From positions 745 through 64,744 of the forward strand of contig SHZC01000005.1 in the NCBI GenBank assembly GCA_009692505.1: a stretch of DNA of 64,000 nucleotides, written 5' to 3'. Source of the DNA: Myxococcales bacterium. Its GTDB lineage: Bacteria > Myxococcota_A > Bradymonadia > UBA7976 > UBA1532. The notes beneath the pieces were generated by a model. It ran no database searches. It was not told the DNA's origin and saw only the letters and a list, made by a program, of their open reading frames with translations. Shown in pieces: positions 17,001 through 26,605 of this stretch. The stretch's first letter is position 1, and every line of letters starts with the position of its first letter. A program made the translations under genes and the position numbers.

Positions 17001-17146
17001 CTGACGACTCGCGCTCGGTAGATGTTGCCCTTGATTTGCTCGGCGCCTTTGGTGGCGACGCTGAGGTCTTCCATGATGCCGCCGTCGACGATGGCGACCC
17101 TGATCTCACCCGCCTGTGCGGCGTTGACCAGCATTCGTTTACTCAT
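14096..17146 (-). CDS. rne: ribonuclease E
   Basis: The N-terminus MSKRMLVNAAQAGEIRVAIVDGG...GNIYRARVVSVEAGLQAAFVDYG carries an S1 domain, and the catalytic region contains AIDVNSGK. The C-terminal half is long and disordered, rich in Ala, Pro and Arg. Confidence 0.9.
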   Translation of the reverse strand: MSKRMLVNAAQAGEIRVAIVDGGIMEDLSVATKGAEQIKGNIYRARVVSVEAGLQAAFVDYGAERNGFIAFGDINERFWSRRPKGDGRPRIQDCVERGGQMMVQAYKEEMGNKGAAVTSEISLPGRYLVLMPGAESGGISRKIEDEDVRKTLKEIIKKLAPPDDIGIIVRTAGMGASRQEMEADFQNLMRVWGHIQHSFDQRTEPGLVYQEQDVVIRSVRDYYTDDIDEVVADDVKVHQQITDFFQRNMPGEVGKVKLYSGKMPIFSNFGLERQLENIVSPRVPLKSGGSIVVSPTEALIAIDVNSGKSKGQDNPEDMAFQTNQEAAEEVARQLRLRDLGGLIVVDFIDMHSPRHRREVEKALTKAMKLDKARVEIGRVSQFGLLELSRQRIKARLISSTHKACPMCEGSGFVLGTETAGLSILRRLQELAVSAADEAIIRGRLPVDVALFLLNDQREALSQLESEFNVTIQIIPDPSAVSSRDAVEIVRSGQGEKQPDERRERKDRKERRDRRPTSGKPSTPPARAQSPAATPAPHAAQSDGDDEEDDVPYEAPRIVGYIAPDKLSPTSADDELDAETSRGSAKTAETSRGSAKTAETSRGSAKTAEPSRGSSKNAEPTASAPASDDGDTETDSHGRRRRRRRRGRGEGATEVTTTADTVQPAAPEPVVAPESAAPSGADEDRRRRDEARARNRARRESGGGAEEIGRESGRETELAAAPPQVSRPAPAQAPPRAPIDTVAVAQRVKQIIRGRLGKKRPVSPPVVVPVAVAAAPAPQSRGKGKGKSVAASGASDALKARLRAKVRADVERARAKLKAAEAGQSTALQTTAPKGRKGKSVAAPLTTAAIATSTSMVAPAWLGGLKDRLRAKLVGAGSKRPAVAQPQAQALSVKDKVRQKAVDEKAKATPTRSAAPVVAAAPVTPRAPEAPKGLREKVLAKATPRPAAKAPPAAPVKPEAQPTAKASKSLKDKVLSKSAAPKADAPQAEAAPQAAVPRKTTGRQDAAKKVLAAFDDV
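15301..15420. repeat. 4 x 30-bp in-frame tandem repeat inside rne (ETSRGSAKTA)
   Basis: The unit ttttggcactgccgcgcgaagtctccgcgg starts at 15331, 15361 and 15391, and a degenerate copy starts at 15301. Confidence 0.9.
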
Positions 17147-17184
17147 GACTTGAGACTCCTTTTCGTTCTATCGAAAGAGGGATC

Positions 17185-17816
17185 TCACCGCGCCCACCGG
17201 GAGGCACTACCGTCAATGGGGCCGACGCCGAGGGGGTTTTCGATCCCTGAGGGATGCACTTGTTTTTTGGGGGGAAGACTGCTTGCGGTAACTGCCGAAT
17301 CGGGCTCGCGGCGCCCGAAGATGGAATGCCACGGCGTGTCTACCATGAGGGCGCGCTTCTCCGCCACAAGCACGCGCACTTGGACGTGGCTGAGGTCTGT
17401 GAGCCACTCCCGCCGCTCGAAGTGACACCGGCGGGCATCGTCGAGGTAGTCCCGAACCTCGAGGTCGCGGAGGACCGTGATCCGAAGCTGAAGAGACTCT
17501 GTGTCGCCGTACATATCGAGGCGCGCCGTATCCCGAAGGATGAACTGCGGCGTCACCATCCGGATCTGCTCGTCGAGATCACCGGGTCGTTCGAGACTCC
17601 GGACCTCTTCGGTGACCTTGAGGCGCTGCATGTGCGCGGGATCGGGATCGACCAGGACGGCGATCGGCGAGAGGGGCTCGACTTTGGCCTCGAAGGGCCG
17701 CAGTCGGAGGCTGCCAATTCGCGCGCTCCGACGATCGACGGCCCGCTGCTCGCGATGTCTGACCTCCGCGAGGATGAGGGCGGTCGAGCGCGTCAGCGTG
17801 AGCGCGCGATCACTCA

Positions 17817-17817
<1 letters not shown>
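17185..17817 (-). CDS. hypothetical protein
   Basis: GC3 is high over about 165 codons, and the ATG overlaps the upstream stop (TGATG). The last ~35 codons lose the GC3 bias, so the 3' end is uncertain. Confidence 0.5.
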
Positions 17818-19234
<1,417 letters not shown>

Positions 19235-19238
<4 letters not shown>

Positions 19239-19462
19239 GATTCTCCGTCGTCTGCGCCGGGCTCACCGACGTGGACCGTCTCGCCGACATTTGCTTCCGT
19301 CTCGTAGAACGCGCTCGTCATCTGACGCTCGACGACCACGCCGAGCTCGTTCTCCAGCGCCTTCGTCAGTTCAAGGCAGGCGCCCCCAGAGGCCCCCTTC
19401 ACCGTCACCTTGACCTCGCCGTCCGGCGTGATCTCGATGTGCAACTCGGTCTTTACTGCCAT
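19235..19462 (-). CDS. DUF2997-like small protein
   Basis: The sequence MAVKTELHIEITPDGEVKVTVKGASGGACLELTKALENELG matches the DUF2997 pattern. There is a 10-nt overlap (ATGGCAGTAA) with the DUF1257 gene. Confidence 0.7.
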
Positions 19463-19848
19463 TTGCGCACCGTGATGGAGATGGTTTGCTCGGTGGAGAC
19501 CTCTTCGGTCTCGATGGTGTAGCCCTGTCGGGCCACCTCGCTGAGGACTTTGTGATAGGCGTATCGCTGCGTGACGGTCTTCATAAACGCCTCCTGCGTG
19601 ACGCCGCGGGTCGTCTCGACGCCCCACCAGTCGGCGACGAACTCGTAGCCGTCGACGGTCTTCTTGACCCCGATGTCATACGACTTGCTCGCTTTGACCG
19701 ACAGCTCCGCGCGCGTCTTCGCACCCAGATATCCGAGGACCTCTACACCGGCCTCGTCTTCTGTGAAGGCATAGCCCAGATCCGTCAGGGCCTTCTTGAG
19801 GCAGACGAGGTCTTTGATCTTCGTCTGTACGGTCGTGAAGTGACTCAT
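19453..19848 (-). CDS. DUF1257 (Ycf35-like) protein
   Basis: The pattern is [26 protein letters not shown]...YDIGV...FVADWWGV...QRYAYHKV...RKWQ. The start overlaps the AAA+ gene stop (ATGA). Confidence 0.8.
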   Translation of the reverse strand: MSHFTTVQTKIKDLVCLKKALTDLGYAFTEDEAGVEVLGYLGAKTRAELSVKASKSYDIGVKKTVDGYEFVADWWGVETTRGVTQEAFMKTVTQRYAYHKVLSEVARQGYTIETEEVSTEQTISITVRKWQ

Positions 19849-21440
19849 CCGTTTCCGTCCATCTCCAGATTGCGAAAACGGCGGCCGGACGACGGGCCCG
19901 TCCGGCCGCCACCCTCCGCGTTACTGTCATCGTCCATCGGGGCACCAATGGGCAAGCCACTCGCGCTCCGAGCTCGTGAACGGGCCCAGTCTCTGAGCGC
20001 GTCAATCTTCTCCTTCATCGTCAGGCTCAGCGGGATGACCTCGTTACACGCGGTGACCACGCGGGCGGTGTCGACGTCGGTGCTCTCGAAGTAAGCATCG
20101 TAGAGCGCGCTGATGACCGCCTGCTCCATCTCGGCCCCGGAGAACCCGCGGGCGGCCACTGCGAGCGCGTCCAAGTCGAACAACGAGGCGTCCCGGTTCT
20201 TCTTCTTGATGTGAATCCGCATGATGTCGCGCCGCTCGTCTTCGGTCGGCATGTCGACGAAGAAGATCTCGTCGAATCGACCCTTGCGGAGCAGCTCCGG
20301 GGGCATCATGGACACGTCGTTGGCGGTGGCGATGACGAAGACCGGGGAGGTCTTCTCTTGAAGCCAGGTGATGAAGCTGCCGAACACCCTCGCCGTCGTG
20401 CCCGCGTCGCTCTGGCCGGAGGACTGCACGCCGGAGAAGCCCTTCTCCAGCTCGTCGAGCCACAGGATCGCCGGCGCGACGGCCTCGGCGGTGGCGATCG
20501 CCTTGCGGATGTTCTCCTCGGACGAGCCGACGAGCCCGCTAAAGACCTTGCCCACGTCGAGGCGGAGCAGCGGCATCTGCCAGAGCGCACCCACGGCCTT
20601 GGCGGTCATCGACTTGCCACAGCCGGGCACGCCGATGAGCAGGATGCCCTTGGGCACTGGCAAGCCGAAGGTCCGGGCCTTCTGGGAGAACGCGCCTTGT
20701 CGCTTCCGGAGCCAGTCCTTCAGCGCGCTCAGCCCGCCGACGTCGTCGAACTGCTCGAGAGACTCGTAGTACTCGAGCAGGCCGGACTTGCGGATGATCG
20801 CCTTCTTCTCCGAGAGGATGGTGTCCATGTCGAAGTCGCGGTGGCGCACGAGGCTCTTCGCGAGGACGTTATTGGCCTCCTCGTAGGTGAGCCCAAGGGC
20901 CGCCTCGGTGAAGCGGTCGCGGGCCTCGTCCCGGTGGGTGAGCCCAAAGTCCTGGCACAAGCCGTCGATGAGCAGCCGGATGTCCGCGCGGCTCGGCAAG
21001 GCGAAGTCGACGATCGCGACCTCCTTCTCGATCTCGGTCGGGATCTTCATCTGCGCCGAGAGCAGGAGCACGGTCTTGAGCTTCTCGGATTCTTTGAAGT
21101 TGCGGTGGCAATCCCTAAGGCGGCGCACGACCACGGGGTCCTTCAGGTACGGGTGAAAGTCCCGCAGCACGAAGATGGCGCTGTCCTCGAACTTGATGAG
21201 CAGATCGAGGGCCTTGATGGGATCGCGCAGATCGCTGAACTCCTGGTCGCCGGTAAAGCCCTCGGTGATCGACCAGTACAAGAGCTTTCGCTTCACGGCG
21301 CTCTTGGCGTTGAGAGCCTCGCGGGTCGCGCCGATGGCCCGCTCGACGCGCTCCTCCTCGGAGCTGTTGATGTAGATCACCGGATAGCGGGCCTTGACGA
21401 GGTGCTCAAGCTCGGTGCGACTGTCAATCTTCTGGACCAT
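19845..21440 (-). CDS. Ycf46-like AAA+ ATPase
   Basis: Walker A ([13 protein letters not shown]) and Walker B (ILWLDELEK) are present. The N-terminal domain has [14 protein letters not shown] and [11 protein letters not shown], as in Ycf46-type proteins. The start is ATG 21440 or GTG 21443. Confidence 0.85.
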   Translation of the reverse strand: MVQKIDSRTELEHLVKARYPVIYINSSEEERVERAIGATREALNAKSAVKRKLLYWSITEGFTGDQEFSDLRDPIKALDLLIKFEDSAIFVLRDFHPYLKDPVVVRRLRDCHRNFKESEKLKTVLLLSAQMKIPTEIEKEVAIVDFALPSRADIRLLIDGLCQDFGLTHRDEARDRFTEAALGLTYEEANNVLAKSLVRHRDFDMDTILSEKKAIIRKSGLLEYYESLEQFDDVGGLSALKDWLRKRQGAFSQKARTFGLPVPKGILLIGVPGCGKSMTAKAVGALWQMPLLRLDVGKVFSGLVGSSEENIRKAIATAEAVAPAILWLDELEKGFSGVQSSGQSDAGTTARVFGSFITWLQEKTSPVFVIATANDVSMMPPELLRKGRFDEIFFVDMPTEDERRDIMRIHIKKKNRDASLFDLDALAVAARGFSGAEMEQAVISALYDAYFESTDVDTARVVTACNEVIPLSLTMKEKIDALRDWARSRARSASGLPIGAPMDDDSNAEGGGRTGPSSGRRFRNLEMDGNG

Positions 21441-21443
21441 CAC

Positions 21444-23690
21444 TTAATCGCTCCCGTAGCCGTGCAGGACGAGGACCTCGCGGAAGACCCTGAGGTGCCT
21501 CTTGAACGTGTCCGCCGCCGTCTTGAGGGCAGAGAGGGTCTCCTCTGCGGCGCCGATCGTGGTGCTCGGATCGGTCTGCGCCACGATGGAGACGGCGCGC
21601 TCGCGGAGGGCTTCGGGCACGGCCTCGGTGGGCAGACCCGCGACGAGCAACGCGCTCTCGCGAAGATCCGCCACATAGGTCTGGGCGAGCTCGACGTTGT
21701 TTCGCAGCTCGCTGGCGAGGTCGTTGATGTCCTCGTAGACCCGGAAGGCGTCGGCCCTGAGTCTCGTGTACTCCGTGGATGAGGGTGCCGGCGCAGCGGA
21801 CGCAGGAGCGGGCACCGCCACGGGCACCTCGAATCCAGCGCCGCGCAGCGCGGTCAAGACATCGATCCCACCCTGCCGTAACCGATCGAGCGTGCGTCTG
21901 AGCTCATCGGTCGGTGAAGGCGCTACGGGGCTTTGACCGTCACCGGAGTCGCCCCACCCCGCCCGCTCCAGCTCATTGCGGTGGTCTCGGTTTTGACGCT
22001 TGAGGTCGTTGATTTGCTCCTGCATGGCGCGCGTGGAGCTCGAGCCCCCGGCGCTCGTCGTCGCGAGGGCGACCTTGGCATCGACGAGTGAGGCGTTGAG
22101 GTTCAAGACGCGCTCGGTGAGCTGGCTGTTTTCGAGCTGCATCTCGGCCTGCCGCCGGACGAGGGCCTCGAGCTCAGCGGTGTGGCTGGCCTGCGGCTTG
22201 GCCGCGACTCGCACGCGCTCGATCTCCAACATCGCCGCCTGTCGCTGCTCGACGAGCGAGGTCTTCTCGAGCGCGAAGTCGGCTCGGATGCGCGCGGTCT
22301 GCTCGGCCACCGCGGCCTGCACATCGCCGTCTTTGTGCTCGGCTCGAAGCTGCCACCGGGCGACCTCAATCTGGAGGCTCTCGATCATGACCTCCTTCTC
22401 GCCGAGCACCTGCTTAAGCGTGGTCATCTCCGCCGAGAGGCCACGGCGCGCACCGTCATCGGAGCCGAGCGCGAGGCGAAGGTTGTCGACCTCGTCCTTC
22501 GCCGCCCGGAGGTTGTACTCGGCGACCTCCAGCGTCTTCTCGGTCTCCTTCTGCCCCTTCTCCTTTTGGCGGACCTCACGCTTGAGGTCGTTCATCTGGC
22601 TGACCAGATCCCCCTCGCGGCTCGTGCCGACGTCGAGCGCCTGCTGGACCTTCGTCGACTTGTCCCGCAGCGTGCCGACCTCAATTTCGAGGTCGATCTT
22701 CTCTCGTCGATAGGCCTCGAGCTGGGCCTGCTGCACTTGAATCTGCTTCGTGAGCTGAACGGAACGCTCGGCCTGCGTCGCGGCCTGCTCGCGCCCGACC
22801 TCCACGGCTCGCTCGAGCTCGCCCATGCGACGGGCCTTGTCCTGGATGTCGCTGCGCAGCTCCGTGAGCTCGACGTCGCTCTTCGTTCGTTCGGCGACGG
22901 CGGAGGCCGCCTCAATCTTCGCGCGCTCGAGGCTGTGAACGCTCCTCTCGAGCTCGTGGCGAAGGTTGTCGCCCGTCTGTTGGGCGATGGATGCGAGGCC
23001 TTCGGAGACGGCGCCAGCCTCAGCCGCGGCTTTCCATCGCTCGACCTCGATCCGCAGTCGGGTCACCTCCGCGCTGTGGTCCGCCGCGGGTTCGGCCCCC
23101 GGTTCGGCCCGCCTGGAAAACCCAGCTTGGCCTGCGGGTGCGACGGGCGGGGCGGTCGCGGCGAGCGGGCGCACGGGCGCGGCTGGCACGGCTGGCAACA
23201 CGCCGACGGGGCGTGGGGCGGCGGCGACAACCGGCCGGGATTCGGCAGGGCTCAAGCGTTGCGGCGCGGGTGAGGGGAGCGCGGGGGGACCGGAGGCTCG
23301 CGCGGCATCGGCTGGCCGCCCGCCCGGACGAAGCGTGCCCACGAGCCGAGGGCTGCCGGCCGGGGCACTGGCGATCAACGCGGCGCGGGGGGTCACCTCC
23401 GCCCATGACATATTGAAGTCGCCGCAGCGGAGGTCATCGCCGTCGCTGAGCTGAGCCCGATTGACCCGCTGGTTGTTGACGTACGTTCCGTTGGAGCTGC
23501 CGAGATCCTCGATGAAGAACAGCTGCCCCTCAAGCCAGATCCGGGCGTGTTTCCGAGAGACCGACGGCTGGTTTACCGAGATCGTGGACTGGGGGTGCCG
23601 CCCGACCGAGGCCTCCTCACCCGCCTGCACCATGACCTCCTTGGGCTCACCTTCGACGGTGCGGTAGGTCAGCTTTGCCTGGCGGGACAT
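21444..23690 (-). CDS. FHA-domain protein with long coiled coil
   Basis: The N-terminal FHA domain reads GRHPQSTISVNQPSVSRKHARIWLEGQLFFIEDLGSSNGTYVNNQRV. About 450 aa of heptad-like E/R/A/L/Q-rich sequence follow. An AAGGAG Shine-Dalgarno sequence sits 7 nt upstream of the ATG. Confidence 0.8.
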   Translation of the reverse strand: MSRQAKLTYRTVEGEPKEVMVQAGEEASVGRHPQSTISVNQPSVSRKHARIWLEGQLFFIEDLGSSNGTYVNNQRVNRAQLSDGDDLRCGDFNMSWAEVTPRAALIASAPAGSPRLVGTLRPGGRPADAARASGPPALPSPAPQRLSPAESRPVVAAAPRPVGVLPAVPAAPVRPLAATAPPVAPAGQAGFSRRAEPGAEPAADHSAEVTRLRIEVERWKAAAEAGAVSEGLASIAQQTGDNLRHELERSVHSLERAKIEAASAVAERTKSDVELTELRSDIQDKARRMGELERAVEVGREQAATQAERSVQLTKQIQVQQAQLEAYRREKIDLEIEVGTLRDKSTKVQQALDVGTSREGDLVSQMNDLKREVRQKEKGQKETEKTLEVAEYNLRAAKDEVDNLRLALGSDDGARRGLSAEMTTLKQVLGEKEVMIESLQIEVARWQLRAEHKDGDVQAAVAEQTARIRADFALEKTSLVEQRQAAMLEIERVRVAAKPQASHTAELEALVRRQAEMQLENSQLTERVLNLNASLVDAKVALATTSAGGSSSTRAMQEQINDLKRQNRDHRNELERAGWGDSGDGQSPVAPSPTDELRRTLDRLRQGGIDVLTALRGAGFEVPVAVPAPASAAPAPSSTEYTRLRADAFRVYEDINDLASELRNNVELAQTYVADLRESALLVAGLPTEAVPEALRERAVSIVAQTDPSTTIGAAEETLSALKTAADTFKRHLRVFREVLVLHGYGSD

Positions 23691-23810
23691 GCGCGCGCTC
23701 CTTGAGCACTGACGGACGGGGATGATGGCGGGTCAAGGACTATAGTCGCGCCGTTGGGGACTGACAACGCCCGGCGGCTTGCGTTAGGGTCGGCCAGAAG
23801 AGCCCGACTG

Positions 23811-24467
23811 ATGAACAGCCCTGACGAAGTCCTCGCCCACCGTGGCGGCCGCCTCACGAGCGCTCACCTCGACGGCATTGATCTACGCGGCCAGGATCTC
23901 ATCGGCACGACCATCGAGGGCGTAACGATGCGGCGGCTCGGGCTGCGAGACTCGCGGCTGGACGCGACACGCTGGTCGAGGGTCGAGGCCGTCGGCTGTG
24001 ATCTCGACAGCGTCGACTTGAGCCGCTCGAGCCTCGACAACCTCCGCGCGCTCGGCTGCGATCTGAGACGCGCGCGGGCCCCGGAGTCGACCTGGCGCAA
24101 CGTCAACCTCTTGGACTGTGAGCTGACCAGCGGCGACTGGAGCGGCGCGCGGCTTCACGACTTCTCGGTCGAGGGCGGAGACGGCTCGTGGCTCTGCCTG
24201 GAGCGGGCGCTCTGCATCCGCGCGAGCTTTCGCCACCCAAGGCTCGGAGGCTATCCGTTCATGCGCTCCCGCCTCTCCGGTGCTTTTTTTCTCGACTGCG
24301 ACCTCCGCCACGCAAACTTCTACGCGGCGGAATTACGCGGTGCTGTGCTCATTCGTTGTGATCTGTCCGACGCGCACTTTGACGAGGTGGACCTCGGCAC
24401 GACCGTGTTCATCGATTGCATCACCGACCGAACCTGCCCGCCGATCTATGGCCGACGAGAGACCTGA
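23811..24467 (+). CDS. pentapeptide-repeat protein
   Basis: A(D/N)LxX-type pentads are repeated throughout (DLRGQDLIGTTIEGVTM...CDLRHANFYAAELRGAVLIRCDLSDAHF). Confidence 0.75.
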   Translation: MNSPDEVLAHRGGRLTSAHLDGIDLRGQDLIGTTIEGVTMRRLGLRDSRLDATRWSRVEAVGCDLDSVDLSRSSLDNLRALGCDLRRARAPESTWRNVNLLDCELTSGDWSGARLHDFSVEGGDGSWLCLERALCIRASFRHPRLGGYPFMRSRLSGAFFLDCDLRHANFYAAELRGAVLIRCDLSDAHFDEVDLGTTVFIDCITDRTCPPIYGRRET

Positions 24468-24477
24468 GGACTTTTTT

Positions 24478-24987
24478 ATGCCGAGACACGACTGGGAAGC
24501 CCTGCACGACGAGCTTGTGCAGGCGACGAGTGGGCATGACCGCGCTGAGCTCGTCTTGCTCCTGCGTGACCTCATCCGCGAGTATGTCATCGAGCGTGCC
24601 ATGCCCACGGGCACCCCGGCGCAGGCCATAGGTCTTGACCTCTCGCAGATGGACTTCGCCACGCTCATCGGGCACTTGAAGCGAACCTGCCAGGCTCCGG
24701 AGCTGTCGCTGTTCTCCGTCGATGGTCGGCGCGTCATCGTCGATTTGGACGGCCCGAGAGAGGTGCGCGCGCCCGCCCGTTCGAGCGCGGCGGCGACCCC
24801 GATTGGTCAACCCGCTTTACGACCCGCGCCCGCGCCTGTGGGTCCCTCGACTGGGCCCACCGCTGGGCTTCTGGCCGGCCCCGCCGCCTCACCTCCGCCC
24901 GCGACGGCCACCGTTGAAGGCGCAGACGGACGCCCGGGTGAGAAGCCGCCGGTCTCGAAGCGCTTCAAGCACCTCGAGTTCGATTGA
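24478..24987 (+). CDS. hypothetical protein with Pro/Ala-rich C-terminal half
   Basis: GC3 is high. The start is ATG 24478 (a GAGG lies 9 nt upstream), with ATG 24448 as an alternative. Confidence 0.5.
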   Translation: MPRHDWEALHDELVQATSGHDRAELVLLLRDLIREYVIERAMPTGTPAQAIGLDLSQMDFATLIGHLKRTCQAPELSLFSVDGRRVIVDLDGPREVRAPARSSAAATPIGQPALRPAPAPVGPSTGPTAGLLAGPAASPPPATATVEGADGRPGEKPPVSKRFKHLEFD

Positions 24988-25421
24988 GTCTCTCGGCCGC
25001 CGATCGTCACCTCGCCGACGGCCTCTTTGAGAGCGCGTCGAAAAAGTGGCCGTCCGCCGCCGAGTCCTTCGAGCGATGCGTCTCTTTGTCGCCCCGCGAC
25101 TACGGACCGGTGCTCGCCGCGGCGATCTGCCGACTCCAAATGGGGCAGGGTCGGGCGGCGGTCCTGCTGCTCGAGACGTCGCCGTGCACCGAGACACCCC
25201 CCTCGCCGCCTTTCGATCTTAGGCACGCCTGGTTGTCTTGCGCGGCGCGGCTCTCGGTCGGTGATCCCCATGGTGCGGTCATGGCGGCGACCGCGCTGGA
25301 CGGACCCCTGAGACAGCGGGTGCTCGCCCACGTCTCCTTCGCCTCGGGTGATCTCCGTGGCGGCGTAAAAGCCCTGCTGTCGGCCTTCAGTCGGGCAGGA
25401 AGCGAACGAGCAGGACGGTAA
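24984..25421 (+). CDS. hypothetical protein (TPR-like helical)
   Basis: GC3 is high. The TTG start overlaps the upstream stop (TTGA). The 3' end overlaps the convergent PP2C gene by 35 nt. Confidence 0.4.
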   Translation: MSLSAADRHLADGLFESASKKWPSAAESFERCVSLSPRDYGPVLAAAICRLQMGQGRAAVLLLETSPCTETPPSPPFDLRHAWLSCAARLSVGDPHGAVMAATALDGPLRQRVLAHVSFASGDLRGGVKALLSAFSRAGSERAGR

Positions 25422-26169
25422 TGTTGTCGACGCCGCCGTTCTGGTTCGCCGCCCGCACGAGGGCGTCTGCGGCCCCCTGAAGGTCTTCGTGATGGCCGAT
25501 CAGGATGTTCTGCATGATCCAGTCGTCGACCATCTCCGAGAGGCCATCGGAGCAGGCGAGGTAGACGTCAAAGGGCTGGGGTTCGTCGACGTTGAGCTCG
25601 GGATCGACGTCGTCCTCGAGGCCGACGGCGCGCACGATCACGTTCTTCCCGGCCTTGGCCCGCGCCTGCTCCTCGGACATCCCGTAGGCCCGCTTGAGGT
25701 GGTTGACGAGCGAGTGGTCCTCGGTGAGGAGCTGAAAATCGCCGGCGCGTAGGCGATAGCAACGACTGTCCCCGACGTGGCCGATCACCAGCCCGACCTC
25801 GGGGTTATAGGCCAAGGCGACCATGGTCGTGCCCATGCCCGCGCACGTCTCGTCGTACTGCGAGCGGTTGTAGACGCGCAGGTTCGCCACGCGGATGGCG
25901 TTGGCGACGCTGTTCTCCTCGAATGACCGGCTGTCCATGACCTCGAAGGGCCAGACGAAGTCCTTCTCTTTGCGCCAGCGGACCATGAAGTCGAGGGCCT
26001 CATCGGCGGCGATGCGGCTCGCCACCCGCCCGCCGACGTGGCCCCCCATGCCGTCGGCGAGGATCCAGGTCAGCGCCTCGGCGTTGACGGCGTAGGCATC
26101 CTCGTTGACCGCCCGCGTGCGCCCGACATCTGTGGCCTCTGCCGACTGCGTTCGAAGTCTGCGCGGCAC
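25387..26169 (-). CDS. PP2C-family Ser/Thr protein phosphatase
   Basis: PP2C motifs are present: TDVGRTRAVNEDA, LADGMGGH, GMGTT, GDSRCY, SDGL and GGVDNITV. Confidence 0.85.
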   Translation of the reverse strand: MPRRLRTQSAEATDVGRTRAVNEDAYAVNAEALTWILADGMGGHVGGRVASRIAADEALDFMVRWRKEKDFVWPFEVMDSRSFEENSVANAIRVANLRVYNRSQYDETCAGMGTTMVALAYNPEVGLVIGHVGDSRCYRLRAGDFQLLTEDHSLVNHLKRAYGMSEEQARAKAGKNVIVRAVGLEDDVDPELNVDEPQPFDVYLACSDGLSEMVDDWIMQNILIGHHEDLQGAADALVRAANQNGGVDNITVLLVRFLPD

Positions 26170-26176
26170 GAGAGAC

Positions 26177-26605
26177 TCAGTCCGGCTCGAGGCGCGCTTC
26201 GATGGAGTACTGCGTCGAGCAGGTGTCCTTCGGGGCGTAGATCCACACGAAGAACCGACCGGGCTCCACCTTGCGCGTCAACCGGACATAGGGGTTGGCG
26301 GACTGGATCTCCCGCTCAATCTTCGCTCCGTATTTATCGGCGAGCTGCGCCTCGCAGTCTCCGTCGGGCTTGTCGAAGTGAATCGAGACGGTGACCAAGC
26401 CGGGCTCGGTGGTGTTGAAGATCTTCCAGTCCGACTTATCGCCGCCCAAGGGGGACAGCGCGTCGGTGAAGACCTTGTTGAGCGGCAGGGGCTTCGCCAA
26501 GTGGCGCTCGAAGTCTTCGTCCTGCGGCGCCTCGTCGCCCCCACAGCCGAGGAAGAAGAGGGCGGTCGCGGTGGCGACCCAAACCATCGGGTGTTTCACG
26601 TTCAT
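26177..26605 (-). CDS. lipoprotein, unknown function
   Basis: A signal peptide with a lipobox is present (ALFFLGC). The start overlaps the ACAD stop (ATGA). Confidence 0.6.
   Translation of the reverse strand: MNVKHPMVWVATATALFFLGCGGDEAPQDEDFERHLAKPLPLNKVFTDALSPLGGDKSDWKIFNTTEPGLVTVSIHFDKPDGDCEAQLADKYGAKIEREIQSANPYVRLTRKVEPGRFFVWIYAPKDTCSTQYSIEARLEPD

Noticed and set aside
15536-17425. A 629-aa plus-strand ORF.
   Set aside because: It is antisense to the unmistakable RNase E catalytic domain, and long shadow ORFs like this are typical of high-GC DNA.
20211-21782. A 523-aa plus-strand ORF.
   Set aside because: It is antisense to the AAA+ ATPase, whose Walker A and Walker B motifs are in the minus frame.
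23691-23810. TATAGT and TTGACC hexamers in the divergent region between the FHA gene and the pentapeptide gene as sigma-70 promoters.
   Set aside because: Neither hexamer has a properly spaced partner: the -35 for TATAGT is poor, and the -10 for TTGACC is GTCAGT. This is too weak to call by eye.
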